From Nitrosopumilus sp. (GTDB lineage: Archaea > Thermoproteota > Nitrososphaeria > Nitrososphaerales > Nitrosopumilaceae), in NCBI GenBank assembly GCA_965205215.1, contig OZ242041.1:1600001-1664000 (forward strand): a stretch of DNA of 64,000 nt. The letters run 5' to 3'. The number at the start of each line of letters is the position of its first letter. Position 1 is the first letter of the stretch. The position numbers and the translations under genes are program-made. This document shows positions 38,728 through 49,995 of the stretch, in pieces. The notes under the pieces are model-generated. The model was not told the DNA's origin and did not search any database. It was given only the letters and a program-made list of their open reading frames with translations.

Positions 38728-39807
38728 GTGGACGAGATACTGAGGGTGGAGGGCCTCAAAAAGCACTTTGCCGCAAAAAAGGGGCTGCTCGGACGCCGCC
38801 CGTCCGGCCCGTCAGTCACAAGGGCGGCAGACGGGGTGTCGTTCTCACTCGGGCGGGGCGAGACGTTCGTCCTTGCAGGCGAGTCGGGGTCAGGCAAGTC
38901 CACTATTGCAAAGATCATACTGGGGTCGGTGCAGCCCGACTCGGGACGGATATTCTTCGAGGGAGAGGAGGCCGCATACGGCCAGAAGAGCATGAACGCA
39001 GTCAGGGCGGGCTGCCAGATGATACAGCAGGATCCGTACGATTCCATAAATCCGCGCATGAGGGTGTCAGATGTAGTGGCAGAGCCGCTTGAGATACTGG
39101 GGGGCACGTACGGCAGCGGGGCGAAGCGGGCGGCCCGCGTAGCGGAGGTGCTCAGGGAGGTCAGGCTCGAACCGGCCGGCGAGATTGCATCAAAGTACCC
39201 CCACATGCTCTCGGGCGGCCAGAGGCAGCGCGTGGTGCTTGCAAGGGCCCTTTCCACGAGCCCCAGGGTCATAATCGCAGACGAGCCTGTATCCATGCTC
39301 GACGTGTCGATCAGGGCGGAGATGCTCGAGCTTATGCGCGAGGTGCAGTCAAGGCACGACATATCCTTCATATACATAACCCACGACCTGGCCACGGCCA
39401 GGAATTTTGGGCACAGGATCGGCATACTGTACCAGGGGGCGATCGTGGAGATGGGCGACATAGACGAGGTGCTGCTGTCACCGCGCCACCCATACACGCA
39501 GGCGCTGACCGACGCGATATCAGAGCCCGATCCCAGAAATCTCCACAAGAGAAAGTCCATCAGGATCGTGACAGAGTCGCACGACGGGCGGCAGGCGGCA
39601 GGCGGCAGGGACGGCTGCATCGGCCCCTCGGAGCTCAACATCAGCATAAGCGCCGGGTGCAGGTTCGCGCAGAGGTGCCCGTACGTGGCAGACGTATGCA
39701 GGTCAGAGCCCGCACTCGAGGAAAAAAGGCCCGGGCAGTGGGCCGCATGCCACGTCGAGCTCGACGGTGGCGACAGCGGCAGCGGCAGCGATAACAGCCC
39801 CAGATAA
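38728..39807 (+). CDS. Oligopeptide/dipeptide ABC transporter ATPase
   Basis: GESGSGKS, LSGGQRQ, ADEP, HPYT, GCRF..RCP. Confidence 0.93.
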   Translation: MDEILRVEGLKKHFAAKKGLLGRRPSGPSVTRAADGVSFSLGRGETFVLAGESGSGKSTIAKIILGSVQPDSGRIFFEGEEAAYGQKSMNAVRAGCQMIQQDPYDSINPRMRVSDVVAEPLEILGGTYGSGAKRAARVAEVLREVRLEPAGEIASKYPHMLSGGQRQRVVLARALSTSPRVIIADEPVSMLDVSIRAEMLELMREVQSRHDISFIYITHDLATARNFGHRIGILYQGAIVEMGDIDEVLLSPRHPYTQALTDAISEPDPRNLHKRKSIRIVTESHDGRQAAGGRDGCIGPSELNISISAGCRFAQRCPYVADVCRSEPALEEKRPGQWAACHVELDGGDSGSGSDNSPR

Positions 39808-39865
39808 AGCCGAACGGGGCGCCAGGATCGGATGCGCCTGCAGGCCGTGCATGGCGGCGGCGTCT

Positions 39866-42800
39866 TTACCGCTTCGGCTTTATCACAGGCGACATAAAGC
39901 GACGGTCCTTGTACGTTACGACGTTTGAGACGCCACCCTTGGGAAACACCCCGTACACGAGTCCCGCCTTTTCGACCACGGAGTCCTTTAGCGACACCAC
40001 CACGAACTGACTGTCGCGTGAGCGCTCGGCAAGTATGTTCGAGAGCTTCTCGGCGTTGGATGCGTCTAGGTGCGCATCGACCTCGTCAAACAGGTAGAAG
40101 GGCGCCGGCTGGAGCTTTTGCAGCCCCAGTACAAACACGACGGCGGCCAGGGTCTTCTCGCCTCCGCTGATGGACGTGGACTCGCGGGGCTGCTTGTCTG
40201 GAAACTGCACCATGTATGATATTCCAGAGCTGAAGATGTCATCCTCGTCCTGGAGTTCAAGCCAGGCGCCGCCCCCGGTCATCTTCTTGAAGACCCTGCG
40301 TATCTCTCCGTCCACTACCTCAAACGCGTCAAGGAACGTCTGCCGCTTTTCACGCTCGATCTTGTTTATGAACCGGACTATGGAGTTGCGCTCCGACTCC
40401 AGCGAGTTCTTGCGCACCGACTGCATCTTGTAACCCTGCGTGATCTCGGCATACTTTGACGGGGCGCCCGCGTCAAACTCCGCAACCGACTCGAGTTCGG
40501 CCTCAAGTTCGCTTATTATTTGCCCCACGTCGAACGTGCTGCCGCCGCCATATACGGGGGCACCGTTGCCGCCGCGCGCGGACGCCGCATGTGCAAGGGA
40601 TCTCTCCTCCTCCCCCGTCCAGGCCTCGGCTACCTGCCGCAGCTGTCCGGCCTTCATCACCAGGGCGGAGAGGTCGGACTCTAGCTTGTCTGCCTTTCTC
40701 TCAAGGCCGTTGATCTGCGTGGAGTGGGATCTCTCTTCTTTGCGCAATCCGCTTAGCTTGTCGTCATGCTCCTTTATCACGTCCATCGAGGAGCCGGAAT
40801 TCATTATCATCTCCTGCTCCTTCTGCCTGAGCTTGGTAAGATCCTCAGAGAGCGGGCCCTCCACCGCGGACGTCTCCTCTATCGTCCTCTCAAGCGAGTC
40901 CATCTCCGAACCGAGGGACTCGGCCTCCGCGCGGAGCCCGTCGTCCTGCGATGCGAGGCTGCCGGCAGTGGAGCGGGACTCTGAAAGCTCCGAGTGTATC
41001 CGGCTGTACGCGGTGGTGGCCTCGGTCCGGCGCGCCTCCAGCTCGGCCTTTTTGGAGTTTGCGGCAGTCAGGAGGCCAGCGATCTGCATCTGCTCGCTGG
41101 ACATGTGCTTGGCGCTTGCAAGGTTTATCTCGTTTTGTATGCTCTCTATCCGGGAGAGCAGGGAGGTAATCTCGGCGTCCGCCGCGTCGGACTCGGCCCG
41201 CAGTTTGTCAAGCCTGCCCGGCAGGCGCTCGGCCGCCTCCTTTGCGGAACCCAGCCTCGACTCCACATACTGAAGGCTCTGCCCCGCCGAGTCTACGCGC
41301 CCTGCGACACCTTGAGGCGCTCGGCGTGTGCGGACATGGACTCGGCCGTCTTTTTTTCAACCTGTTTTTTTCTGCGTATGTAGCGCTTGACTACCGATAT
41401 CAGCTTGAACAGCCCGTCCACGTCACTGCTCATCGAGATAAGCTTTGTTATGCGCGATATCTTGGAGCCGGTGTCAACTGTAACCGTTCCGCTGCGGGGC
41501 TCAAAGTACTCGCCGGACATGGTAACCGCCCTGTGCCCCGACCTGGAGACCGATATGGCAGAGTTCCGGTCGCGTACCAGCACCACGCCCCCGAACAGGA
41601 ACTCCCTGAGGGGCTCGTGCTCCGGGCGGCACCGCACGTGGCCTGCAAGCGTCCCAAGCGTCCTTACGCCGTCGACGGCGCGCGGGGGGCGGGCGTCGTC
41701 AGGTCCCAGGCTCGAGAGGGCCTCTAATGGGAGGATCCTGAACTTTGGCAGTTTCTGCACGCGCGCCGACTCGGATATCGCAAAGAGCGTGGCAAAGTCG
41801 TCCACCACGACGGCCTTTATCCAGTCCGTACTGGCCGCCATTATGGGCCTCTCGTACTCCGGATCCCACGACATCATCTCGTACACGAGCCCCCTTATGC
41901 CCAGTTGGCCGGCGTTCTCCAGCAGCTTTGCAGTCGAGTAGTCCTCGTGCATGAACCCCTTTACGGTCTTTATCTTTGACGCGTACTTTGTCGCCGCGCT
42001 GCTCGACCTCTCAAGCACGAACTCTAGGTCCTCCCTGTCGGATATGGCCTTCTCCCTCTTCTCCCCGAGCTCCCGCATGCGCGACTCGAGCTTGGATACC
42101 GTGTCGCGGCTGTTGTCCATTATGCGCTTCAGGTGCAGGGACTGGTCCTGCAGCCTGCCCACCAGCTCCCGCATCTCGGTCAGCTGCCTGCCGTACTGCT
42201 CCATCTTTTCAAGGCACGAGTCGCGCCTGTGCTCCAGCCCCATCTTTTCATAGACCAAACCCTCCTTCTCGGTCCCGAGTCGCTTTATCTTGTCGTCAAG
42301 CTCGCTGCGCCGGGCGGCGGCATCGGACTGCCTCTGGAGTATGCCGCGTATCTCCGCGTCGGTCCGTTCGAGTTCCTTGCGGACGGCCTCGCGCTCCGAT
42401 TCGGCCTCGGCAAGCTGCCCCTCCGCCTCCCTCACCTGCATGTCGGTGTAGTTTCGCGACTTGGAGATGTTGTCCGACTCGACCTTGATCTCCCCCAGGC
42501 GCCGCCCTATCTGGGCCTGCCGGTTCTCTGCAATCGACCTCTTGCTCTTGGCCTCCTCGTATGCCCGCAGCGAGGAGCTTATCTGGGACTCGAGGCGCGC
42601 CTTTTCCGTCCGGTAGGCATTCTCGGCCTCCATTATCTCGGAGCGCTCTTCCTCGACTGACCCAATTTCAGACAGGAGTCCGTCGCGTAGCTCCGAGAGC
42701 GCCGCGATGCCGGCCTTCGCCTCGTTCAGCTCCAAGAGCATCGAGGCGCGCTGGCCCTCGACAAGCTCGAGTTTTGCGGCGGCGTCGACTGCGCGGTACC

Positions 42801-43503
42801 TTGTCAGGTCGGCCTGTATTATGTCGCAGCGCATCTTGAGGTTGCGGTCCACCTCCAGCTCGTCTATGCGCTTCTTGACCTCGTTCATGCGGGCAAGCGA
42901 GACCTCCAGCGTGCGGTCGGCCTTGTCAAGCTCGTCCCGCGCGTTGGCCGCCTTCTCATCAAACGACGATATGCCGATCAGATCCTCGATTATGTTGCGC
43001 TTTTCAGTCGGGGTGTACTCGGATATGCGCGTTACGGTGCCCTGCTGCACCACGTTGAGCTGCTTGGGCCCCGAGCCCGCCCTGGCCACGTCTAGGATGT
43101 CCGTGATGTGAGCGCGGCTGTCCTTTTTGTTGTTGAGATAGTAGGTTTGCTCGCCGCCCTCGTCAAGCTCCCTTGTGACGACCACCGAGTCTGACGCGAC
43201 TGGTATGATCCGGTCGGAGTTGTCAAAGTGGAGCGCCACGCGGGCCATGCGCGTGCCACGCCGGGGGCCGCGGCCTCCGCTGCTGCTGCCGTCCACGTCG
43301 TGGAGCAGCTGCTGCATCTTTGGCACCCTCATCATGGTAGGGCGCGTCTCGCCCGTGGCAAATATTATGGCGTCCAGTATGTTGCTCTTGCCTGAGCCGT
43401 TGGGGCCGGAGATCGAGACCAGGCCGGGGTCGAGGTTGACCACGGTATTCCTGAATCCGAACGACTTGAAGCCAAATATCTCCACCTTTTTTATATGAAC
43501 CAT
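39866..43503 (-). pseudogene. smc: Chromosome segregation protein SMC, split by one frameshift near 41295-41358 (possible sequencing error)
   Basis: N-part has GPNGSGKS, QQG and hinge (stop at 41293); C-part, in the -1 frame, has ISGGEK and LFDEVDAHLD. Confidence 0.85.
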
Positions 43504-43621
43504 ATGATGTACTGCTGACGGCACCTGAATAAATAACATAACGATGGATTTGCTTGACAAATTTGCACACTTTTTTTGTCCAAATGGGCTCGTTTTTAAC
43601 ACGCCACATCCGGGGGGCAGC

Positions 43622-44383
43622 ATGGCCAAGCTTGGAGTAATCCAGACCGTGCCGTACGGGAGCGACGACCAGGCGATCGCCGAGGCGTCGCGGCTGCTCG
43701 CGGAGGCGGGCAGTCAGGAGGCAGACATCGTGTGCCTGCCCGAGCAGTGGCTCTCAGACAACGTCGTAGACGACTTTGGTGCCAAGTTCGCAGAGTTTGG
43801 CCGCATCGCCAAGGAGTACTCGATGTGCGTGATTCCGGGCGCCTTTTACCACAGGACGCGTGCAGGCGCGGAGGGGGCGCGCAGGACCGCAATAGTGGCG
43901 CCCGTCATATCAGCAGACGGGGGGATTGCAGGGATGCAGGAGAAGATACACCCGTTCTCATACGAGCGCGACACCGTCAGCCCCGGGTCGGCGGCCCTCG
44001 TATTTGAGGCAAAGGGCGTCAGGTTCGGCATAATCGTGTGCCACGACATGGTCTTTGCCCCCGTCGCACGCACGCTTGCCAGAAAGGGGGCGCATGTCAT
44101 ATGCTCCCCCTCAAGGATAGTCTCCAGAGGCGTGGCGCCGTGGAGCATGTACGTGCAGGTCAGGGCGCTGGAGAACAGGATTCCCATAGTGGCTGCCAAC
44201 GTGTCCGGCGGCAGGTTCGGCGGCGGCAGCATGGCAGTGGACCTCGAGGTGGGCGACGACGTTGTAAACACCCGCGTGACGCGGCTGTCAGACGGCCAGT
44301 CGTATGCAGTCATGCAGGTGGAGCCGGGGGCATACGAGCGGCAGAGGGCGGCAAGGTATGCCGACGAGAACCCGTTTCAGTAA
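43622..44383 (+). CDS. Carbon-nitrogen hydrolase (nitrilase family)
   Basis: LPE, KIH, VCHD triad; RALEN. Confidence 0.92.
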   Translation: MAKLGVIQTVPYGSDDQAIAEASRLLAEAGSQEADIVCLPEQWLSDNVVDDFGAKFAEFGRIAKEYSMCVIPGAFYHRTRAGAEGARRTAIVAPVISADGGIAGMQEKIHPFSYERDTVSPGSAALVFEAKGVRFGIIVCHDMVFAPVARTLARKGAHVICSPSRIVSRGVAPWSMYVQVRALENRIPIVAANVSGGRFGGGSMAVDLEVGDDVVNTRVTRLSDGQSYAVMQVEPGAYERQRAARYADENPFQ

Positions 44384-44430
44384 ACAACGCGGCAGACCCC
44401 CGGGGGGCCGGTCCCGGTACCGCGGGCCGG

Positions 44431-45525
44431 TCAGCCTTGGGATACGAACGCCTCGCATTCGGCCTTTGCGTTGACGTCGGACATCTGCCGTATCGGGTGC
44501 TTCATCAGATACGCGCTTGCGGGTATTATTGGACCCCCCACGCCGCGGTCAAGTGCGATGCGCGCCAGCCGTATCGCGTCTATCACTATGCCGGCCGAGT
44601 TGGCCTTGTCGTCCACCTCGAGCCGGACCTCCATGTTGTACGGTATGTTGGCCCACTGCCTCCCCTCTATCCTCATGAACATCAGCTTTGTGTTGCCCAG
44701 AAACGGTATGAAGTCAGACGGCCCCACGTAGATCTGGTCGTCGTCCAGGCGCCTGTCAAGCTGGCTCTGGACGCTCTCAGTCTTTGATATCCTCTTTGAG
44801 ACCAGCCGCTCCTGCTCTTTCATGTTGAGAAAGTCGGTGTTTCCGCCCACGTTGATCTGGTACGTCTTCTCTATCTTCGTGCCGCGATCGTTGCACAGTT
44901 TTGCAAGTGTCCTGTGGACGATGGTCGCGCCCACCTGGCCCTTGATGTCGTCGCCTATGCACGGTATCCCCTTCTCCTCGAACCTCTTGGCCCACTTGGC
45001 GTCGGACGCGATGAATGAGGGTATGCAGTTTACAAACGCGACGCCGGCATCGAGGCACACCTGGGCCCAGAACTCGGTGGCCTTGTCCGAGCCGACGGGC
45101 AGGTACGACACTATTATCTCCGCGCCGGTCTCCTTTATGATGTCCTTTATCTCCGACTCCAGCTGCTCGGCGGTCTTTGCAGACTTTACGGGCTTGACGC
45201 GGTTCTCGACCCAGAGTCCCACGCCGTCAAGCGCCGGGCTCTCGTAGACCATGGCGTCCGTGTCCGGCATCTGTCCCCTCGGAACCCAGTCCACCATGTT
45301 GGGGTACTCGTATATGGCCTCGTTGATCGTCTTGCCGACCTTGTTCTCGCCCACGTCAAATCCGCACACAAAGTCTATGTCGTGTATGCCGTATCCGGCC
45401 AGCTTGTCGTGTATTATGCCTATGACCTCCTGCGACGGGTTCTGCGAATAGTACTCTATGCCCTGGAGCAGCCCCGAAAAGCAGTTGCCTATGCCTACCA
45501 GTCCCACCCTGATGCGCCCCGCCAT
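44431..45525 (-). CDS. ino1: myo-inositol-1-phosphate synthase
   Basis: GIGNC, YLPVGS, GDDIK.QVGAT, GGNTDFLNM, SKRISKT. Confidence 0.96.
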   Translation of the reverse strand: MAGRIRVGLVGIGNCFSGLLQGIEYYSQNPSQEVIGIIHDKLAGYGIHDIDFVCGFDVGENKVGKTINEAIYEYPNMVDWVPRGQMPDTDAMVYESPALDGVGLWVENRVKPVKSAKTAEQLESEIKDIIKETGAEIIVSYLPVGSDKATEFWAQVCLDAGVAFVNCIPSFIASDAKWAKRFEEKGIPCIGDDIKGQVGATIVHRTLAKLCNDRGTKIEKTYQINVGGNTDFLNMKEQERLVSKRISKTESVQSQLDRRLDDDQIYVGPSDFIPFLGNTKLMFMRIEGRQWANIPYNMEVRLEVDDKANSAGIVIDAIRLARIALDRGVGGPIIPASAYLMKHPIRQMSDVNAKAECEAFVSQG

Positions 45526-45613
45526 CTGTGGATGGTGGCGGATCAGGCTTGTTTAAAGTCTTGGCATGGGGCTGCGAAGAATCATTTATAGTCACGCAGT
45601 GCACGTGGCAGTC

Positions 45614-46555
45614 ATGGCAGAGCTAGGTGGGCCGGTCAGAGACATTGCGATAGACGGCGACACCACCATAGAGGGGGTGTTTGCAGAGATGGCCCAGTCC
45701 GGGGGGTTTGAGGCAAAGAACATGCACGACGGGCTGGAGATCATGTCAGAGATGATATCGAATGGCGAATGCCTGAGGTTCTGCTCGTTTGTGGGGGCCG
45801 TAGTATCCACGGGGCTACGCGGCATAATCAAAGACATGGCAAGAAACGGCTGGTTTGACGTGATGATGACCACATGCGGCGCGCTGGACCACGACATTGC
45901 AAAGCACTTTGCAGAATACAGGGAGGGGTCGTTTACCATGGACGACTCGGAGCTTGCGCGCGAGGACATGCACAGACTCGGAAGCGTGATCGTGCCGCTT
46001 GAGAGTTACGGGCCGCTCATCGAGGAGAAGATGCAGGAGTTCCTGGCAGAGGAGTACGACAGCGGCCGGAAAACCATGACCACGTCGGACATATGCAGGA
46101 TGATAGGGCGGCACCTGGGCGAGGACTCGTTTCTTTACTGGGCCGCCAAGAACGGGACCGACGTGGTGGTTCCCGGCATAATGGACGGCGCGGTGGGCAG
46201 CCAGATCTGGATGTTTGCGCAGAGCCATCCGGACTTTAGGCTCGACGTAATAGGCGACTCGGTCCGACTCTCAGATCACATATTCAAGGCCAAAAAGTCG
46301 GGCGCCCTCATGATAGGGGGCGGGATCTCAAAGCACCACACGATGTGGTGGAATCAGTATAGGGACGGGCTGGACTATGCGCTGTACATCACCACGGCCC
46401 AGGAGTTTGACGGAAGCCTGAGCGGCGCGCTGGTCAGAGAGGCCATATCGTGGGGAAAGGTGACCCAGAACGCAAGACAGGCCACGCTCCATGCAGAGGC
46501 CACGACCGTCATGCCGTTTCTTTACGCGGCCCTGCTTGCAAGGCTGAAAAGGTAG
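45614..46555 (+). CDS. dys: Deoxyhypusine synthase
   Basis: STGLR, GGGISKH, DGSLSGA...EAISWGK. Confidence 0.95.
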   Translation: MAELGGPVRDIAIDGDTTIEGVFAEMAQSGGFEAKNMHDGLEIMSEMISNGECLRFCSFVGAVVSTGLRGIIKDMARNGWFDVMMTTCGALDHDIAKHFAEYREGSFTMDDSELAREDMHRLGSVIVPLESYGPLIEEKMQEFLAEEYDSGRKTMTTSDICRMIGRHLGEDSFLYWAAKNGTDVVVPGIMDGAVGSQIWMFAQSHPDFRLDVIGDSVRLSDHIFKAKKSGALMIGGGISKHHTMWWNQYRDGLDYALYITTAQEFDGSLSGALVREAISWGKVTQNARQATLHAEATTVMPFLYAALLARLKR

Positions 46556-46651
46556 GAACCCGCAAGCCGCGTGCGGGTGGCGCGCCCTCGCAATTGCAGG
46601 GCACGAGTTTTTGCAGGATGCCGTACATCGCACGCCGTATGCCCCCGCGCA

Positions 46652-46894
46652 TCACCCACAGTCAATAATCTCAACTGCCGGACTGCACATGTCGTTGAAC
46701 CTGTATATGTCGCTTAAAAGATCGAGACAGAATTCCGGATCCAAGGTTTCATGATACGTATCAAGCCCCCGAAGAATCTCCATATGGGACAACCCACACG
46801 AATCGACGGAAAATGCAAGTGCTACAACAACGGATGCGACAAGCACTGCAACCAGTAAGACAGCATGCCGGGCACTAACGCTTGGAAATGTCAA
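46652..46894 (-). CDS. Small hypothetical membrane-anchored protein
   Basis: N-terminal hydrophobic helix, 4 Cys; overlaps the end of the Alba gene. Confidence 0.6.
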   Translation of the reverse strand: MTFPSVSARHAVLLVAVLVASVVVALAFSVDSCGLSHMEILRGLDTYHETLDPEFCLDLLSDIYRFNDMCSPAVEIIDCG

Positions 46895-48188
46895 TTTCCA
46901 TTGTGGAAACGTTGCGATGCTTGCCGTCGTTTGATATGAGCGAGTCAGAAGATATCCTCACGTCGCTTATCGTATACCCCACAGTGTCCATTCGCTTGAT
47001 AATCATCTGCGAGACGTCCACTGCGTTGGTGATCTTCTTGCCCCTTGCCTTTATTGTCACCGTGTCCTGGTTTGCAAGCTGAGTAAGTGTGGCAGAGACA
47101 TATGTCATTATGGGCTTGCTGCCCACAAATATGACATCCCTCATTGAAGAGGATTCGGAGCTAGCAGCGGTCTCAGGCGATGGTTCTGGCGCGGTGGCGG
47201 TCTCAGGTGATGGTTCTGGCGATGGTTCAGGCGCGGGCTCTGGCGATGGTTCAGGCGCGGGCTCTGGCGATGGTTCAGGCGCGGGCTCTGGCGATGGTTC
47301 AGGCGCGGGCTCTGGCGATGGTTCAGGCGCGGGCTCTGGCGATGGTTCAGGCGCGGGCTCTGGCGATGGTTCAGGCGCGGGCTCTGGCGATGGTTCAGGC
47401 GCGGGCTCTGGCGATGGTTCAGGCGCGGGCTCTGGCGATGGTTCAGGCGCGGGCTCTGGCGATGGTTCAGGCGCGGGCTCTGGCGATGGTTCAGGCGCGG
47501 GCTCTGGCGATGGTTCAGGCGCGGGCTCTGGCGATGGTTCAGGCGCGGGCTCTGGCGATGGTTCAGGCGCGGGCTCTGGCGATGGTTCAGGCGCGGGCTC
47601 TGGCGATGGTTCAGGCGCGGGCTCTGGCGATGGTTCAGGCGCGGTGGCGGTCTCAGGCGATGGTTCAGGCGATGGTTCAGGCGATGGTTCTGGCGCGGTG
47701 GCGGTCTCAGGCGATGGTTCTGGCGCGGGCTCTGGCGCGGTGGCGGTCTCAGGCGATGGTTCTGGCGCGGTGGCGGTCTCAGGCGATGGTTCTGGCGATG
47801 GTTCTGGCGATGGTTCTGGCGCGGTGGCGGTCTCAGGCGATGGTTCTGGCGCGGGCTCTGGCGATGGTTCTGGCGCGGTGGCGGTCTCAGGCGATGGTTC
47901 TGGCGCGGGCTCTGGCGATGGTTCTGGCGCGGTGGCGGTCTCAGGCGCGGGTTCAGGCGATGGTTCTGGCGCGGTGGCGGTCTCAGTGTCATCGCGGTAC
48001 ACGGATGAAGCGTCGTCAGGGGTACAAGCACACCCAGAGTCGTGTCCGGCATGTGGCACATCTTCTGCAGACCCAATTCCAGAAGGTTCGTCAGGTGTGC
48101 TCGTATTGGTAGATATCTCAGACTGTGTTTTAGAGGTAAATTCGGACAATATCTCTTCGGCATCGGTTGACTTCTTCTCGCCGTACAT
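46875..48188 (-). CDS. Alba-domain protein with a long acidic Pro/Glu-rich N-terminal extension
   Basis: C-terminal [12 protein letters not shown]...IKARG..I..AVDV...RNVSTMEI Alba signature. Confidence 0.9.
   Translation of the reverse strand: MYGEKKSTDAEEILSEFTSKTQSEISTNTSTPDEPSGIGSAEDVPHAGHDSGCACTPDDASSVYRDDTETATAPEPSPEPAPETATAPEPSPEPAPEPSPETATAPEPSPEPAPEPSPETATAPEPSPEPSPEPSPETATAPEPSPETATAPEPAPEPSPETATAPEPSPEPSPEPSPETATAPEPSPEPAPEPSPEPAPEPSPEPAPEPSPEPAPEPSPEPAPEPSPEPAPEPSPEPAPEPSPEPAPEPSPEPAPEPSPEPAPEPSPEPAPEPSPEPAPEPSPEPAPEPSPEPAPEPSPEPAPEPSPEPAPEPSPEPAPEPSPEPSPETATAPEPSPETAASSESSSMRDVIFVGSKPIMTYVSATLTQLANQDTVTIKARGKKITNAVDVSQMIIKRMDTVGYTISDVRISSDSLISNDGKHRNVSTMEIDISKR
47167..47985. repeat. 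Tandem repeat region; core of 17.8 perfect 24-bp units (47218-47644) plus mixed 12/15-bp modules
   Basis: (GGCGATGGTTCAGGCGCGGGCTCT)n, encoding PEPAPEPS on the minus strand. Confidence 0.95.
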
Positions 48189-48231
48189 ATTCTGCCCCCA
48201 TAATGCTCACTATTAACTTTTATTTAACAAT

Positions 48232-48471
48232 TTAGCCTTTTCCAGCCAGATAATCGTCAAAGAGGGCCTCCAATTCTCCATCATCAGAACACCTGGAGAT
48301 CTTCTCAACAAGGTCACGATCCTCTATCTCATAACAGTTCAGCACATCCTGAGAGTCCTTAAAGACCAGCATGGCCTTACCTTTAAAGATGCAGTGATAG
48401 AGCCGTTCCGGCTTCATCTCTTCAGGTCGGAATTTTATTCCAGCCTCACTGGCATAGACGGGAGATGTCAT
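48232..48471 (-). CDS. Small hypothetical protein
   Basis: Globular-looking 79-aa ORF; TTATA about 39 nt upstream. Confidence 0.7.
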   Translation of the reverse strand: MTSPVYASEAGIKFRPEEMKPERLYHCIFKGKAMLVFKDSQDVLNCYEIEDRDLVEKISRCSDDGELEALFDDYLAGKG

Positions 48472-48591
48472 GTGGCGTATGAAACCTCTGCAAATTTGAA
48501 TCTCGCGGTATAACTGCATCCACATAAGCCTCACAGGAGAGACGTAACGGGCATACATACCTCCATCATCATCATCACTCGGGAGTACGAT

Positions 48592-48801
48592 ATGAATGTG
48601 AACGTTTCCAAGAAGGCCGCGACGTCATGGGAGGCCATCAGAAACGCCGCTATGAGAGTCAGACACGACTCAATCGACTGCCAGCCTGCAATGCAGGGAG
48701 TAATGTTTGGACACAATGGTCACCCAGCATGCAGAAAAATAATAACAGGCACGACATCACAGCGCCATGGCAGGCCGAATAGTCATGCATGTGGACTTTG
48801 A
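48592..48801 (+). CDS. Possible small protein upstream of dinB
   Basis: MNVNVSKKAATSWEAIRN... fills an otherwise empty gap; the 3' end is doubtful. Confidence 0.35.
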   Translation: MNVNVSKKAATSWEAIRNAAMRVRHDSIDCQPAMQGVMFGHNGHPACRKIITGTTSQRHGRPNSHACGL

Positions 48802-49873
48802 CTACTTTTACGCCCAGTGCGAAGAAATACGAAACCCCATCATGAAGACGAGGCCTGTTTGCGTCTGCGTTTATTCTGACAGAGGAGGTGACAGCGGGGC
48901 TATCGCAACTGCAAACTACATTGCAAGAAAACACGGGGTAAAGTCAGGAATGCCCATATCCTTTGCAAAGAGAAAGCTTGCAGACGCGGACGGCGCAGAG
49001 TTCATCCCGGTCGATTTCAAGTACTACTCCCAGGTCTCCGAGGAATCCATGGAGGAGATTGCCAAGTTTGCAGACGTCTTCGAGTATGTCGGCCGCGACG
49101 AGGCATATCTTGACGTAGGCGCGAGGACGGAATTCAGCTTTGACGCAGCCGCAAGGCTGGGCCAGCAGATCAAAAATGCAGTAAGGACGAAGTCCAAGAT
49201 AGTGTGCTCCATAGGCATATCGCCGAACCGCATGATCTCAAAGATTGCGTCGGACTACAAAAAACCCGACGGCCTCACCATAGTGAGGCCCGACAGTGTG
49301 AACGCGTTCCTAGAGCCGCTTGAGATCGTGAAGATACCGGGAATCGGAAAAAAGACAGAGCAGAGGCTTTCCAGAATGGGCCTCAAAACCATAAGGGACC
49401 TGAAAAACGCCGATCTGTTCCTGCTAACAAAGGAGTTTGGCAGGAAGAGCGGCACGTACATCTACAATGCAGCAAGGGGCGTCGACGAGGAACCGGTAAA
49501 GGAGAGGGCGCCCCGCATACAGTACAGCCGCATAGTCACACTGAGTGAGGACTCCGGAAGATACGAGTTTCTAAAGGAGAACCTGGCGAGGATCTGCTCG
49601 GACGTGCACGGTACAGTAATGGAAAACAGGCAGATGTTCAAAGTGGTGGGAGTCCAGTTTGTCAAGTCCGACCTCAGCGTCATGTCAAGGTCAAGGACCC
49701 TCAAGAGTCCCACTGCAAGCGCGTACGAGCTGCAGAAAAATGCAGAGCACCTACTTGCAGAGGCGCTGAAATCCCAGGGTGCGAACATGTCGGTGCGCAG
49801 GCTCGGGGTCATGGTAACAGAGCTCTCAGACGCGCGCGGGCAGAGCGACATCACCAGCTTCTTCAAGCCGTGA
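48767..49873 (+). CDS. dinB: DNA polymerase IV (Y-family)
   Basis: HVDFDYFYAQ, NY.AR..GVKSGMP, DEAYLD, KIASD.KKPDG. Confidence 0.96.
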   Translation: MAGRIVMHVDFDYFYAQCEEIRNPIMKTRPVCVCVYSDRGGDSGAIATANYIARKHGVKSGMPISFAKRKLADADGAEFIPVDFKYYSQVSEESMEEIAKFADVFEYVGRDEAYLDVGARTEFSFDAAARLGQQIKNAVRTKSKIVCSIGISPNRMISKIASDYKKPDGLTIVRPDSVNAFLEPLEIVKIPGIGKKTEQRLSRMGLKTIRDLKNADLFLLTKEFGRKSGTYIYNAARGVDEEPVKERAPRIQYSRIVTLSEDSGRYEFLKENLARICSDVHGTVMENRQMFKVVGVQFVKSDLSVMSRSRTLKSPTASAYELQKNAEHLLAEALKSQGANMSVRRLGVMVTELSDARGQSDITSFFKP

Positions 49874-49995
49874 TGGCAAGATGGCGGCCTGGACAGAGCT
49901 AGTTGCGCACGACATCAGCCGGTGACAGTGACAGTGCGGAGGACGCGCGACGTGCGGCGGGCAGCATGCGTTGTCTGTGGCAGATTATGCGGCCG

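Noticed and set aside
41350-41358. Established programmed -1 frameshift in smc
   Set aside because: The peptide after such a shift would break the coiled coil; a single-base loss near 41300 is more parsimonious, so it is kept only as a low-interest finding
47218-47644. CRISPR array, or the plus-strand [11 protein letters not shown] (47089-48216)
   Set aside because: No spacers; the minus frame is continuous with a recognisable Alba domain, so the plus ORF is its antisense shadow
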